This document shows, in pieces, positions 12,001 to 18,662 of a stretch of DNA of 64,000 bases; the stretch's first letter is position 1, and the number at the start of each line of letters is the position of its first letter. A model generated the notes under the pieces. The model was not told the origin of the DNA, made no database searches, and saw nothing but the letters and a program-made list of their open reading frames with translations. The position numbers were made by a program, and so were the translations under genes. The stretch comes from a virus: the IMG/VR virus record IMGVR_UViG_3300046008_000291, positions 113,659-177,658 of that record; one strand, given 5' to 3'.

Positions 12001-13111
12001 TGACACACTAGACATGCAGGTCTATACTAAAATTAACGGTAATGTTGATGTAATTGCCTATAGAATGTTTAGTAATATGATGCGTGAAGAAAGTTATTTA
12101 CGTATTGCTGATGCACATGCAACAACACTTGCTTCTAATTTAGCAATAACCGACACTACAATTGTTGTGGCAGATGCAAGTAAGTTAACTGCACCATTTA
12201 TCGACACAGTAGGATTAGGACAAATTGCTATCCCTGGCGTGATATTTATTAATGGTGAACGTATAACTTATTACACACGTAATCTATTAACAAATACACT
12301 TGGGCAAATACGTCGAGGCACACAAGGTACAGGTACACCAGCACTTTACACTGCTGGAACACTTATAACTGATGGTAGCATTGATCAACTTGTGCCAAAT
12401 GTAGTTTCTAATATTTCACTTAGCACAATTACACCATATACGGTAACAACAACTCGTTCGTACTATCTTTCATTAACTGGTAACGTAAGTGCCAATGTTG
12501 GTGATGTAATAACACAATCTGTATCTGGTGCGTCGATGACAGTAGCTGGTATTGATTCAGTTGCAAGAGTGTTGTTGGTTATACGCAATAATACAAATAG
12601 TCTAACATATCAAAATAATGATGTAGCTCTAAGTGGAAATGTTACTGTAACTGCTGGTGATTATATAACACAATCATCGACTGGTGCTAATTTAACAGTA
12701 TTAACAAGCGGTGCTAATGTTAGCAACATTTCATTAAGTTACTATGGAATTACAACATTAACTACTGGTAAAGCTGGTAGTAATATTGCAATTAATGGAT
12801 CTAATGTTGCAATCTATCCAACTACAATAACTAGCAATGTATCACTTAGTTCAGCGATAATAATAAATGGAACAAGCACAGGTAATGTGTATCCATTAAG
12901 TATTGTGCCGGTTGGTAGAAACGATGCTGGCAACCCATTTGTTGATAGCAACGGTAACGTAACTATTGTAGCTAATATATCATTGCATACAACCAACGTA
13001 TGGTATAATTTAGGTAGCGGAGTAGCAACAGATGGGACAGGATTTAATGGAGCAACAACTGAGCAAGTGACATTCTTAAAAGCTAGCACAGCAACATTAA
13101 TCGCACCTTAA
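2..13111 (+). CDS. Giant virion structural protein (baseplate wedge/tail-associated), 5'-truncated, >4,369 aa
   Basis: Frame is open from base 2 (ADGPNAVDVN...TLTLARGGRYTFEVDQLGNQFW), so the TTG at 173 is not the true start. Contains FG-GAP-like blades, two WxxxxxYxxGDxV (CBM5/12-like) motifs (~5122, ~10970) and GSGY(T/Y)xxPxV repeats typical of large myovirus baseplate proteins. Structural role is inferred from these motifs and from neighbours. Confidence 0.75.
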   Translation, partial: ADGPNAVDVNTSGVDLEKTYNVVRNVSSSRYEFTSTSPTKNTLTLARGGRYTFEVDQLGNQFWIQTELGVDGLVNATPTVSTRDVFGVINNGADSGTITFNVPQASAQDRYVLMNVVANVEYAVPLAYADIQNHTVSQFLAAFPGYAGVATQLNGKTAIFIDQNLLTNRGEEAWTVPNVYDGNGDIVSGYNAGEVIPEAQRYGVWRVQFADSGDINDPLIRLACVQDVQINEKVYIRSGVVNANKEFFKDYDGFFHVVPVISSIQDTLYFQDGNNPSIYGTIKLVDIAGWSIDVENDILGKTTYTSPNGVVFTSGLKIRFGTDAIPATYQDKEYYVEGVGSATGIQLVDTTLLVTPEPYNDEIITNYPLNRISLSAVTTDVIPAGTVINIGTIEVEVYYEVTVGSLYIVTLSDVSSIVNGSAITGTGIASGTSVINTRRDTVYPEYITINRASVDLNAWSRNNRWFHRDIITATATYNNEQYIFDQDLRARRPIVQFESDLQLFNYGRIGKAPVDILDTTTQDAFNNLNGQVFSVAFGVTLFDGMRVIFANDVDPLVRNKIFVLNLVQTAIDGEGLLTGPKYINLNPAADGAVETYDSVVITDGVYKGTQWWYNGDTWIASQQKTSLQQDPLFDMYDSAEQSFSLYPLSTFTGTRLFGYNRSSTGTISDSVLAFPLTYTSFQTQGNIEFINYFDTDTFSYVANQTQLTERIATGFLHQIVDRYTSLPKNNWNTVTEKNNQYQLITYVYDGINSPFKIDVTVPDAVTIPYVKVYKNNVFLKTSQWTLTNGALTLSTAPTIGDKIDILVYSNEVSALGQYQIPKNLELNAQNTDLSTLTLGQIRNHLVELSQNSTELVGDVLSDSNLRDIEIKSQGGTILQHSAPLSNAALFLVNDSTNFIDAVRYAQQEYARFKNKFLELSVTLSGIQPTDPVASVDLIITEINKIKNSTFPWYYSDMIPYGTLKNIVNGVGYTIFDPLVRSYEITTTFDARALSNKAVLVYLNDVQLIIDIDYTFDTDRPAITFTDTVTLEVDDNVKIVEYADTNGSYVPETPTKLGLYPKFIPEIFLDDTYRTSINVIRGHDGSITPAFDDYRDEFLLELEKRIYNNITLRDIGSYQDIYNVMPGKFRNNDYSINEINQLTSKNFLIWIGNNKIDFTVNDTFDSNDPFTWNYSRFVDRIDSEALPGSWRACYQYFYDTLRPHLTPWEMLGFSTMPSWWVEEYGPAPYTGGNKLLWDDLEAGLIKQGTRAGIDTTFARPGLSEVIPVDANGFLLSPAAIMTASFNATHAATAWAVGQQGPVETAWRHSSDFAFAVQQALALAKPAKYFSLLMDVSRYSKNTMLEQYVTDTNDHIKQTSLTFNGDTSAGTVVRTAGYINWIADFLIHQGVDPATVITPLISHYQINLAYKLAGFSDQKYLQILAEQSSPTSTNDSIIVPNENYNVHLYKSTPVDKLVYSGVIIEKTTNGYSVRGYNLANPYFTIIPSVINSNAYKITVLTNSVTVFKDYQNLKLTVPYGYEFNSQQQIADFLISYERYLMAQGFTFNDTDEQLGETRNWKLSTKEFLFWAQQGWAPGSILVLSPVANTINAVTVGAITDAITDSQHGSKVLDQNFALVKTTNYNVLRSPTAFKLTLTNDAVIGYIELNLVQYEHVLIFDNTTVFNDIIYKPELGNRQYRLKLIGQKTADWDGSLSAPGFIYNSGNIDAWSSNKDYLKGDLVQYKNQYYVALNNVTQTTNAEFAFAYWKQIAASEIKKGLLPNFATIAAKSQVYYDSYTNFKDADQINYSHGLIGFKTRQYLSDLGLSDTTQIELYKGFIKQKGSANAINQLTSAEFNNLSSAINFYEEWAIRVGEYGALDTNPYVEIALDEKAFSVNPATATFVTDSSSDGVTTFNKSQLYKSTEQYNGIIALDRDAQSDYNNDITTAGYVNIDDVDTTIFDLANFTDLNNQLSAIGTGYTIWCAKDFSQNWNVYRVTETDNTVTSVANSLDGYVTFTTTNPHGLVAGDIFLVRSFATEFDGFYQVDSVIDLDNILVRYAGDTSQLTTLDGDGMLFILDSVRFNYMETARLYTPPHQWKVGEKIWIDEDAETNAVQGQPFGTQPSGTWKVYEKTHPWEMDQRLVKTNDMYITFSNVALANATSTLTIGGNAVTNITTITGNAVGIISNFLTSSNASNVSTSQIVSTNNIFPANTTVSSLTTNNEYSANIGYGQALKMIDNIEQTIFVGTTLYANLSVSTNTGAVNVFDKNTSNVYTESTTITPDGANTFTYGSHIDTAVDPFIDDGVAGRETLAVNAPTSSGAGGAANVGLIYTYNKLEGETVWNRGQVITGNVSAVDGQFGYGFAFDELGHWLYVGAPYEATPKVYVYGLQRFVTKATGNVTTSGSVSTITVPFTPEVTNDANALVVTSSTRTYIPNIDYTLSGTTITFISGNVNGTLTISQGPYYTLVKTINGPAGSEFGFCIDASLNGAQLGVGAPADSVIGSSGDLLDEAGAVYAYDRVIEAFTSTTGTVYTTVETIAPVYKVTVDGIELPRSEYTATPGTNTVTLNVPLGVGKVVNVETNEFTLLERLIGIDSLDGSLNAIQEGARFGTALTICSNNCAFYIGAPYYNAGTIYNTGAVWKFHNRGTLYGTNTGYTQNPTFTPGNTIRLDNFQITVTGTSLDSLIEDINDANLLGITAVNENGYLRLDSDKTVAKNRLRVLSGSGTVYEDAGLAIFAFMQIIVNPYRSNNEYFGTKVILARNAYMLVISSERGTTKHYATFDAHTDLLYPNAPEYIIDTDPTSLTYNELIVNPEQYLLDSTSTLHNINTTLDDDSTALLDEVKASGSVYTYELYDDPRDHVENPGRYAFCQQLDPTDLNSGDGFGAAFDVIGGHIVVSAPTDDTTIENGGSIYLFNNPTGRRGWSLIRYQEPRVDIESVTRMYLYSNLTNTILTSLEFIDPAKGKILGRADQEISYKTGYDPAIYNRGTNTAVSLNDNIFWSTTQVGEVWWNLSQLSYIDYEQDTLTYRSINWGNLFPGSTVEVLEWVESIYLPSAYVANGGDGVPKYADDSAYVELVYVDQVTNIISIKYFYWVKDKTTVDPTNETRQLTTTSIQDIIQNPKNQGIPYAAVIQNNSVVVYNVADYLSAQTTILHLDYNTVKNTNIIHSEYELVQKGNADSIISPKIINKLIDSLAGIDILGAEVPDPTLSVADKFGLGTRPRQAIFADRIAAYANLVEYANSILITKPITRNCDLTTISSAEAEPSFKLGEYDLKIETEIELDYLDVALLTAGYKVLVNQDTTQDNLWVLYELSADKTWTAIRTQSYKTDLYWDYVDWYAPGYGTDTQLEYVVDTLTDALKLPVAVGDDVLVRVANGVNRGWNLLVLNGNNQFDVVGIQDGTIQLKTSNGNFVNNKTPTTEIRYIITALKDDIFVGELDTEFNKLFFVMINYLFNEQKYVDWIFKTSFISVSHKLRSLLQYPNYIKDNQTYYESYITEVKPYSTKIREYSINYDSTDEFAGSVTDFDLSPYYDTDTKIFRSPSGEDVIKDEALWQTDTYNQWYANRNHRVESIVVEYGGSGYTSEPIVTIVDGGLAATGATARAIIDFDSGAVTSIELLTSGSGYYITPTVIINGGCTIPATAYAILKNKQVRSVNTTLKFDRVSYTSSVQEWAANTAYTAGDIVTHVGSLAGAVRHAFIVNANITSGSTFVHTEDYTRYSSANFTNANDRIVGYYEPTAAMPAIETINKDITIAASVTNSNVLFVTATPGLHKNMTISSNSANATIITEAVSGILLLSGNISANVGDYLTQTRVSNIYNVTSNVATSYWANVFVTANVQILTTLPAIFGNITNAYRVGAYLTEHEFNLTDVISIVDNSTITTTSVYPQATNLTALKLERPQTQTQGNVLIASYRNMGQLLRGIDYPGVQVQGIEFNQAPEFDGATPFDNGLFDNIQYDVDGLPMLDDAAVDTIIQSNYTDLALGTRAEDIDVVGGAYVDAYSSHAPEEMVPGIVFDTLDMQVYTKINGNVDVIAYRMFSNMMREESYLRIADAHATTLASNLAITDTTIVVADASKLTAPFIDTVGLGQIAIPGVIFINGERITYYTRNLLTNTLGQIRRGTQGTGTPALYTAGTLITDGSIDQLVPNVVSNISLSTITPYTVTTTRSYYLSLTGNVSANVGDVITQSVSGASMTVAGIDSVARVLLVIRNNTNSLTYQNNDVALSGNVTVTAGDYITQSSTGANLTVLTSGANVSNISLSYYGITTLTTGKAGSNIAINGSNVAIYPTTITSNVSLSSAIIINGTSTGNVYPLSIVPVGRNDAGNPFVDSNGNVTIVANISLHTTNVWYNLGSGVATDGTGFNGATTEQVTFLKASTATLIAP
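6620..8700 (+). repeat. Seven FG-GAP-like blades (integrin-alpha-like beta-propeller) inside the giant protein
   Basis: IGYGQALKM..IFVGT; TYGSHID..LAVNAPT; QFGYGFAFD..LYVGAPY; EFGFCIDAS..LGVGAPA; RFGTALTIC..FYIGAPY; YFGTKVILA..LVISSE; GFGAAFDVI..IVVSAPT. Confidence 0.65.
11341..12673 (+). repeat. Three copies of an L(S/T)GN(V/I)(S/T)xxxGD(Y/V)(I/L)TQ module near the C-terminus of the giant protein
   Basis: LSGNISANVGDYLTQ (~11341), LTGNVSANVGDVITQ (~12471), LSGNVTVTAGDYITQ (~12628). Confidence 0.7.
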
Positions 13112-13119
13112 GTATACGG

Positions 13120-13155
13120 TAAATACAATAACTGTTAGTAGGATTGAAATAAATA
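13120..13155 (+). promoter_or_regulatory. Putative T4-like late promoter(s), TAAATA
   Basis: GGTAAATA (TAAATA 13120-13125) and AATAAATA (13150-13155) in the 49-bp gap before a structural gene; resembles the T4 late consensus TATAAATA. Confidence 0.45.
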
Positions 13156-13160
13156 AGTAT

Positions 13161-13835
13161 ATGGATAAAAAAATGCAAGATTTAACAATGAAAACACAAA
13201 CAACTACTGCACCAGCTAAACAACCTGATGAGCGTGGTGGTATACACCTTCAAGGTCATATTAAGATATTTGATCCTGAGACTAATGAAGTGTACGTAAA
13301 CAAACGCAACGCTATTCATTATGAAAATATGAGTGAAGCAATTGCACAAAGTTTAAGTAATAAAGGCACACAATTTATTACTGAAATGCATTTTGGTAAT
13401 GGCGGTACTACAGTTGACCCCACTGGTGTTATTACATACTTGCCTACAAACACCAACGTACAAAATGCTGACTTGTATAGTCCACAATATTTTAAGATTA
13501 TCGATGACACAAATGCTGCCAACGGTGACCCATTGCGTAATAAAATGGTAATTATACACACTCCTGGACAGATCTATAGTGACATTATTGTAAGTTGTTT
13601 ATTAGACTACGGCGAGCCTAGCGGTCAAGCTGTGTTTGACAACAGTCAAGACTTGAACGGTCAATTTGTCTTTGACGAACTGGGCCTAAAAGGATTTACA
13701 TCGTCGGGTGAAGGACTTGGTAAACTATTGACACACGTGATTTTTAGTCCGGTGCAAAAATCCTTAAACAGATTGATTCAAATTGATTACACGGTGCGCA
13801 TACAAACACTGACTAATTTAAGTACTACTGCATAA
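13161..13835 (+). CDS. Virion structural protein (putative baseplate/tail component), 224 aa
   Basis: HFGNGGT..FDELGL..THVIFSPVQKSLNRLIQIDYTVRI pattern recalled from jumbo myovirus structural proteins; lies in the structural module. Confidence 0.6.
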   Translation: MDKKMQDLTMKTQTTTAPAKQPDERGGIHLQGHIKIFDPETNEVYVNKRNAIHYENMSEAIAQSLSNKGTQFITEMHFGNGGTTVDPTGVITYLPTNTNVQNADLYSPQYFKIIDDTNAANGDPLRNKMVIIHTPGQIYSDIIVSCLLDYGEPSGQAVFDNSQDLNGQFVFDELGLKGFTSSGEGLGKLLTHVIFSPVQKSLNRLIQIDYTVRIQTLTNLSTTA

Positions 13836-13848
13836 CTAGGATAATAAA

Positions 13849-15216
13849 ATGGCGTATATAATAAGAAAAACAAACGGAACAACACTTGGTACTATCCTAG
13901 ATGGTACTGTAGATACTGCGCAGACTAGTTTAACATTAGTTGGTCGTAACTACAGTAACTACGGTCAGATAATGACTGATAACCTAGTATCATTACTTGA
14001 AAATTTTGCCTATGACATTGAACCAAGCAATCCATTAAGTGGGCAATTGTGGTGGGACACATCGGCTAAATTATTAAAAGTATACACTGGTACATATTTT
14101 AAAATTATCAGTAGTGCCACTGCGCAGAATAGTGATATAGTTGGTGCACCATCGACAGTAGTCGCAGGCGACATATGGTGGGATACCTATGCTGAACAAC
14201 TATACGTATATGATGGCACAACTCCGTATGATGTCGATGGCTGGAAATTAGTTGGCCCAGTATGGAGCAAAGTAAACGGCAAGAGTGGTGCATTGTGGGA
14301 ACAAATTACAGACACTGGTTCTGCAATTCATAATGTTGTATCATTATACATAGATGGCACCCGCACAGCAATTATCAGCCAAGATAGTGAATTTACTCCA
14401 GGAACTGCGATTACTGGCTTTACCTCTATTAAAACTGGACACAATTTACGTAGTACTCAAACACTTTGGGGTACTGCTAATAATGCTAGTTACTTAGGTG
14501 GTGTTATTGCTAGTAACTATTTCCGTACAGATATTAACAATAGTACTACTGGTAATCTACGTATTGTAAATGATAGTGGCATTACTATTGGTGCAGGATT
14601 AGATTTAACATTATCTGTATCTGGTGTAGATGCATCGATAACAAATAATTCCGACGGTGATATTAATCTAGTTACAAACAGTACAACGTATCTAACAGTT
14701 AATGGTGCAACCGGAGTCGTTGAAGTGGCTGCTGACCCAACTACAACATTGGGTGTTGCTACAAAAAATTACGTTGACAGTAGTTTTGTTGATGCAACTT
14801 TAACAGGAGTATCAACTGCAATTACTATGCCAGCATCAACAGCAAATACTGCGATTGCTACTACAGAATTTGTCGTTAATAATTCTGGTTTCTTAAAAAA
14901 TAAAATATATCAAGCTAATAGTTTCTTAGAAATTATTGATAGTGGAACAGGTAGTGCAAATTTAGCAATAGATGGCACTAGTGTAATGACTGCTAGTGCA
15001 AGTGGTGTAAATTTACTCGCGGGTGCAACAGCAGCAACGCAGGCACAGACATATACCAGTACAGGTAATGCTGCAGTTGCAACTACACAATATGTAAGAA
15101 CAGCCGGAGCATGGTGGGACGGCAGTGCTAAATTTGTTAGTACAGATGCACCTGAGCTCGGAGTCAATGACACTGGATCACACGATGGCGATTTTTGGTT
15201 CCAATACACAGCTTAG
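13849..15216 (+). CDS. Tail fibre/baseplate protein, paralog A (455 aa)
   Basis: N-terminal DGT..LTLVGRNYSNYG..N.V.LLENFA...P..GQLWWD domain; T/G/A/S-rich body; AGGA RBS. Confidence 0.65.
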   Translation: MAYIIRKTNGTTLGTILDGTVDTAQTSLTLVGRNYSNYGQIMTDNLVSLLENFAYDIEPSNPLSGQLWWDTSAKLLKVYTGTYFKIISSATAQNSDIVGAPSTVVAGDIWWDTYAEQLYVYDGTTPYDVDGWKLVGPVWSKVNGKSGALWEQITDTGSAIHNVVSLYIDGTRTAIISQDSEFTPGTAITGFTSIKTGHNLRSTQTLWGTANNASYLGGVIASNYFRTDINNSTTGNLRIVNDSGITIGAGLDLTLSVSGVDASITNNSDGDINLVTNSTTYLTVNGATGVVEVAADPTTTLGVATKNYVDSSFVDATLTGVSTAITMPASTANTAIATTEFVVNNSGFLKNKIYQANSFLEIIDSGTGSANLAIDGTSVMTASASGVNLLAGATAATQAQTYTSTGNAAVATTQYVRTAGAWWDGSAKFVSTDAPELGVNDTGSHDGDFWFQYTA

Positions 15217-15221
15217 AACAG

Positions 15222-15228
15222 ATAAATA
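15222..15228 (+). promoter_or_regulatory. Putative late promoter ATAAATA
   Basis: GATAAATA in the 32-bp intergenic gap upstream of paralog B. Confidence 0.45.
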
Positions 15229-15248
15229 ATACATAATAGGTAAAGATA

Positions 15249-16514
15249 ATGTCATATACAGTAACCACAACAGCCGGCGCAACACTTACACGTATTACGG
15301 ATGGTACGATTAATAATACCGTTACTAGTTTAACTTTAATCGGTAAAAACTATGCCGGATACGGGTTGTTCCTTAATGAAAATTATGTTAAGTTACTTGA
15401 AAATTTTGCAAACACATCCGAGCCGTCATACAGTCTTGATGGTCAACTATGGTATGATTCTACTAATAAAATAATTAAATTACGTAGAAATTCTTTGTGG
15501 AAAGCACTTACAGCAAGTACAAGTAGTTCTACAACTCCAGTGGATAACTATGTTGGCGATTTATGGTGGGACACTATTGTTTCACAACTCAAGGTATGGA
15601 GCGGAATAGAATGGGTAGCCATCGGACCAGCATATACATCGGCAGTAGGAACATCGGGCGCACTAGTTGAAACAATCTTAGACAGCAGTTCGATTAGCCA
15701 TGTGGTTGTTAAATTTTATATTTCAAACACTGTGATTGCTGTATTGAGTAAAGATAGTGAATTTACACCCCAAACATCAATTACTGGATTCACTACCCTT
15801 AAACCAGGATTAAATCTAATTAGTTCAACTTCATTGACTGGAGTACAATTTACCGGTAATGCTAGTAGTGCTCTGACACTTAATGGTGTTTCATCATACT
15901 TACGCAGTGATATTGATGCCACAGCTACTGGGAATTTAACCGTAGCCGCAGGATTGAATGTAAGTAGTGATTTAGAAGTTCGCACTCTTAGTGGTACTGT
16001 TAGTTTAACTAATGTAACAAATAATGGTGATTTGAATTTATGGGTTAATAAAGGTGGTGTAAATACCAAAGCCATCGGCATTAACGGTACAACGGCCGCA
16101 GTTACCTTACCTGGCAGTTTAGTTGCACAAGGTACAGCAAGTGTTACTGGTAATTTAACTACAACTGGCTATACATTAAGTCAAGGCATTACTATTGCAT
16201 CAAACCATATATTACCAAACGCAACTAATACAATTAATATTGGTGCAAGTGGCACTAAATTTGCTAACATGTATGTTACTACATTAACAGGTAATGTAAC
16301 AGGTAATTTAACAGGTAATGTAACAGGTAATTTAACAGGAAATGTAACGGCAACCAACGTAACTGCCAGCGGCTACGTAAAAAATGCTGTATATGCAACA
16401 ACTGTTGCACGTGATGCAGCAATAACTTCACCTACAGCAGGCATGCAAGTATTTGTAACTGCTGGCACAACATTTTATGGATATACCGGTTCTGCGTGGG
16501 TAGCATTAAATTAG
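15249..16514 (+). CDS. Tail fibre/baseplate protein, paralog B (421 aa)
   Basis: Shares with 13849..15216 the DGT..LTLIGKNY..YG..LLENFA..GQLWYD, GDLWWD..QL.V and FTP.T.ITGF..K.G.NL blocks (tandem duplication). Confidence 0.65.
   Translation: MSYTVTTTAGATLTRITDGTINNTVTSLTLIGKNYAGYGLFLNENYVKLLENFANTSEPSYSLDGQLWYDSTNKIIKLRRNSLWKALTASTSSSTTPVDNYVGDLWWDTIVSQLKVWSGIEWVAIGPAYTSAVGTSGALVETILDSSSISHVVVKFYISNTVIAVLSKDSEFTPQTSITGFTTLKPGLNLISSTSLTGVQFTGNASSALTLNGVSSYLRSDIDATATGNLTVAAGLNVSSDLEVRTLSGTVSLTNVTNNGDLNLWVNKGGVNTKAIGINGTTAAVTLPGSLVAQGTASVTGNLTTTGYTLSQGITIASNHILPNATNTINIGASGTKFANMYVTTLTGNVTGNLTGNVTGNLTGNVTATNVTASGYVKNAVYATTVARDAAITSPTAGMQVFVTAGTTFYGYTGSAWVALN
16284..16349 (+). repeat. In-frame 12-bp-period tandem repeat encoding LTGNVTGNLTGNVTGNLTGNVT
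   Basis: TTAACAGGTAATGTAACAGGTAAT repeated exactly twice (16284-16331), then TTAACAGGAAATGTAACG. Confidence 0.9.
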
Positions 16515-16516
16515 TA

Positions 16517-16551
16517 TATAAATATTTTTTAATAATATATTATAATAAATA
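16517..16551 (+). promoter_or_regulatory. Putative late promoter(s): TATAAATA and ATAAATA
   Basis: Exact T4 late consensus TATAAATA at 16517-16524 and ATAAATA at 16545-16551 in an AT-rich gap; AAGGA RBS follows. Confidence 0.55.
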
Positions 16552-16581
16552 CATAAAGTGTAAACAGTTAAGGAAATAAGA

Positions 16582-17523
16582 ATGGCATACGCATCGGCTG
16601 GCTTAATACAAGCTACAGACTATAACTATCTAGCATGGGGCGGCACTCAAGGTACCTATACCAATGTTACTAAAAACATTGCGTATGTTATGGGTGTAGG
16701 CACAGGTGCCACAGGATACGGACAGACTATTAGTGCAATCAATACAGTCTCTGCCGCTGGAACAGTAACAGCCACACAATGGAGTGGATTACTAACACTA
16801 CTTAATGGCGCATTGGGACATCAAAGTGGTGCAGGTGCACAATTAAGTGGTAACTATACTGCTGGACAGACTATTACATATTTTGCCAACGTAGCAACTG
16901 CGGTGACAACAATTAATACAAATGCGGCTTTATACAGTGCGCAAGGTGCTACAACTACTGGTGCTAACTTTGATGCAACTGTATCTAGTACAACTGGTTT
17001 AAGTAGTTATACAGTGAATCGTGTGGTAACTTTTGCTAGTGCGGATGCAGCACGTTATTTCTTTAATGCAGGTGGACAATTAAATTTAAGATTAAGTACA
17101 GTTAACTCAGCTGATAGTGGAGCAGAAAACAGTTTTGCTAGACTAGTAACTGGTTTGGGCGGCGTTGGATTTAAAAATACTACAAACACTGGTCGCACTG
17201 GGTCTGGTATTACCTTAAATACCAACAATACAGCACTTGGTTATAGAACTAACGTACTTAACACACCGGCTACTATAGTGCAAGTAACTGATACCACAGC
17301 AAGTTACACAGCAAGCACTGGGTATTTACAAGTGTATACAAGCAGTAGTGACACTACTAACGGCTCAAACGGATTAAACGTAGTTTTCCGCACTGTGTTC
17401 ACTGTTGCTGACAAAACTTGGGATGATACATTAAGTTTAACCTACAGAATGGCAGTTGATATTGTATTCCCAGAATCAACATACTTAACAACTAACTCAT
17501 GGGGTACACCAACCATTTCATAG
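16582..17523 (+). CDS. Virion structural protein (313 aa, T/A/G/S-rich)
   Basis: MAYASAGLIQATDYN start, FASADAARYFFNAGG block, fibre-like composition, follows a late-promoter motif. Confidence 0.55.
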   Translation: MAYASAGLIQATDYNYLAWGGTQGTYTNVTKNIAYVMGVGTGATGYGQTISAINTVSAAGTVTATQWSGLLTLLNGALGHQSGAGAQLSGNYTAGQTITYFANVATAVTTINTNAALYSAQGATTTGANFDATVSSTTGLSSYTVNRVVTFASADAARYFFNAGGQLNLRLSTVNSADSGAENSFARLVTGLGGVGFKNTTNTGRTGSGITLNTNNTALGYRTNVLNTPATIVQVTDTTASYTASTGYLQVYTSSSDTTNGSNGLNVVFRTVFTVADKTWDDTLSLTYRMAVDIVFPESTYLTTNSWGTPTIS

Positions 17524-17552
17524 TTGACAACTTAATACAAATGTCTTATACT
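17524..17552 (+). promoter_or_regulatory. Sigma70-type promoter heading the modification operon
   Basis: TTGACA (17524-17529), 17-bp spacer, TATACT (17547-17552), immediately after the TAG stop of the last structural gene. Confidence 0.7.
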
Positions 17553-17599
17553 ATAGGTAAGTTATTTTGACTTACCTATTTTTATGGCTAATTACTATT

Positions 17600-17917
17600 A
17601 TGACAACAGAAATTACTCAACTAGTTGCTCAAATTAAACAAGCAACGGATTATCAAACCAACAAACGCATACTTAAAGAAAAAATACAAACGGATTTACA
17701 TGTTCCGTATAACAATGGACTCTTTAAAGTAACACCGGAACTTATAGCATTCCTATCAACTTGGACTGCTGATACTTTATATCTTGAAGATACCTACGAA
17801 AATCCTATAGAAATACAACGACTAGCATTTTTAGAATTGTGTCGGCAACACTATCAACAAGTTATGAACGAATGGCATATTCAATATGACGAAATCCGAC
17901 GTGCCCGCAAAGTCTAA
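17600..17917 (+). CDS. Hypothetical protein (~105 aa)
   Basis: ORF track 17567..17917 starts at TTG; the in-frame ATG at 17600 (MTTEITQLV) is the more plausible start. Confidence 0.6.
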   Translation: MTTEITQLVAQIKQATDYQTNKRILKEKIQTDLHVPYNNGLFKVTPELIAFLSTWTADTLYLEDTYENPIEIQRLAFLELCRQHYQQVMNEWHIQYDEIRRARKV

Positions 17918-18662
17918 AGGTGTTGTATTATTTGCTGTTAACACTGCCACAGTCGATTATGTTCGAATCGCTGAGCAGGCCGCACGTTTAATTAAACATA
18001 CTCTAAACTTACCTACTACCATTATCACAGATCCGGGCGTACCTAGTTTAAGTAACTATCGCACCGGCCATGCTGGCGGCACAGAATGGAAGAACGGTGG
18101 CAGATATCGTGCGTACGAACTTAGTCCCTATGATGAAACTATCTTACTTGACAGTGACTACCTACAGTTAGATACAAGTTTATTAACCATACTCGAAACC
18201 ACTGTCGATTATAAGTTAATGCACTACAACCAAAGCCCTCAACAGTCAATGTCGGGCAACATGGGTCAGTTAAGTTTAGATTATGTATGGGCCACTGCTA
18301 TAACATTTAAGCGTACAGATAAAACACAAATGTTATTTGATCTAGTTGGTCGTATCGAACGTAACTATGCTTACTATCAAAAACTATATCACTTAAGAGA
18401 ACGTAATTTCCGCAATGATTATGCGTTTGCCATTGCCAACAACATTATTAATGGGTACACTACTAACACTACACAAAGTATACCTTTTACCATGTTAACC
18501 TTGGATAAACTAATTAAAAACATTGAAATAACAGGCGAAAAGATGATTATACGCGAAGAAAATTCTGCACATGTCATTGCCCTGCAAAACATACACGTAA
18601 TGGATAAAGATTATTTGCTTAGTGAAAAGTTTGATCAATTGGTGGACACAGTATGCGCATAA
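17886..18662 (+). CDS. GT-A-fold glycosyltransferase-like protein (nucleotide-diphospho-sugar transferase)
   Basis: KGVVLFA N-terminal strand; SPYDETILLDSDY DxD motif. Confidence 0.6.
   Translation: MTKSDVPAKSKGVVLFAVNTATVDYVRIAEQAARLIKHTLNLPTTIITDPGVPSLSNYRTGHAGGTEWKNGGRYRAYELSPYDETILLDSDYLQLDTSLLTILETTVDYKLMHYNQSPQQSMSGNMGQLSLDYVWATAITFKRTDKTQMLFDLVGRIERNYAYYQKLYHLRERNFRNDYAFAIANNIINGYTTNTTQSIPFTMLTLDKLIKNIEITGEKMIIREENSAHVIALQNIHVMDKDYLLSEKFDQLVDTVCA

Noticed and set aside
16284-16349. CRISPR-like or DGR repeat
   Set aside because: An in-frame 12-bp-period coding repeat with no spacers; no cas or reverse transcriptase gene in the window.
13849-17523. Stop-codon reassignment (TAG/TGA), as seen in some large phages
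   Set aside because: Genes are full length in code 11; TAG ends genes at 15216, 16514 and 17523 before RBS/start sites, and TGA occurs in ATGA couplings.
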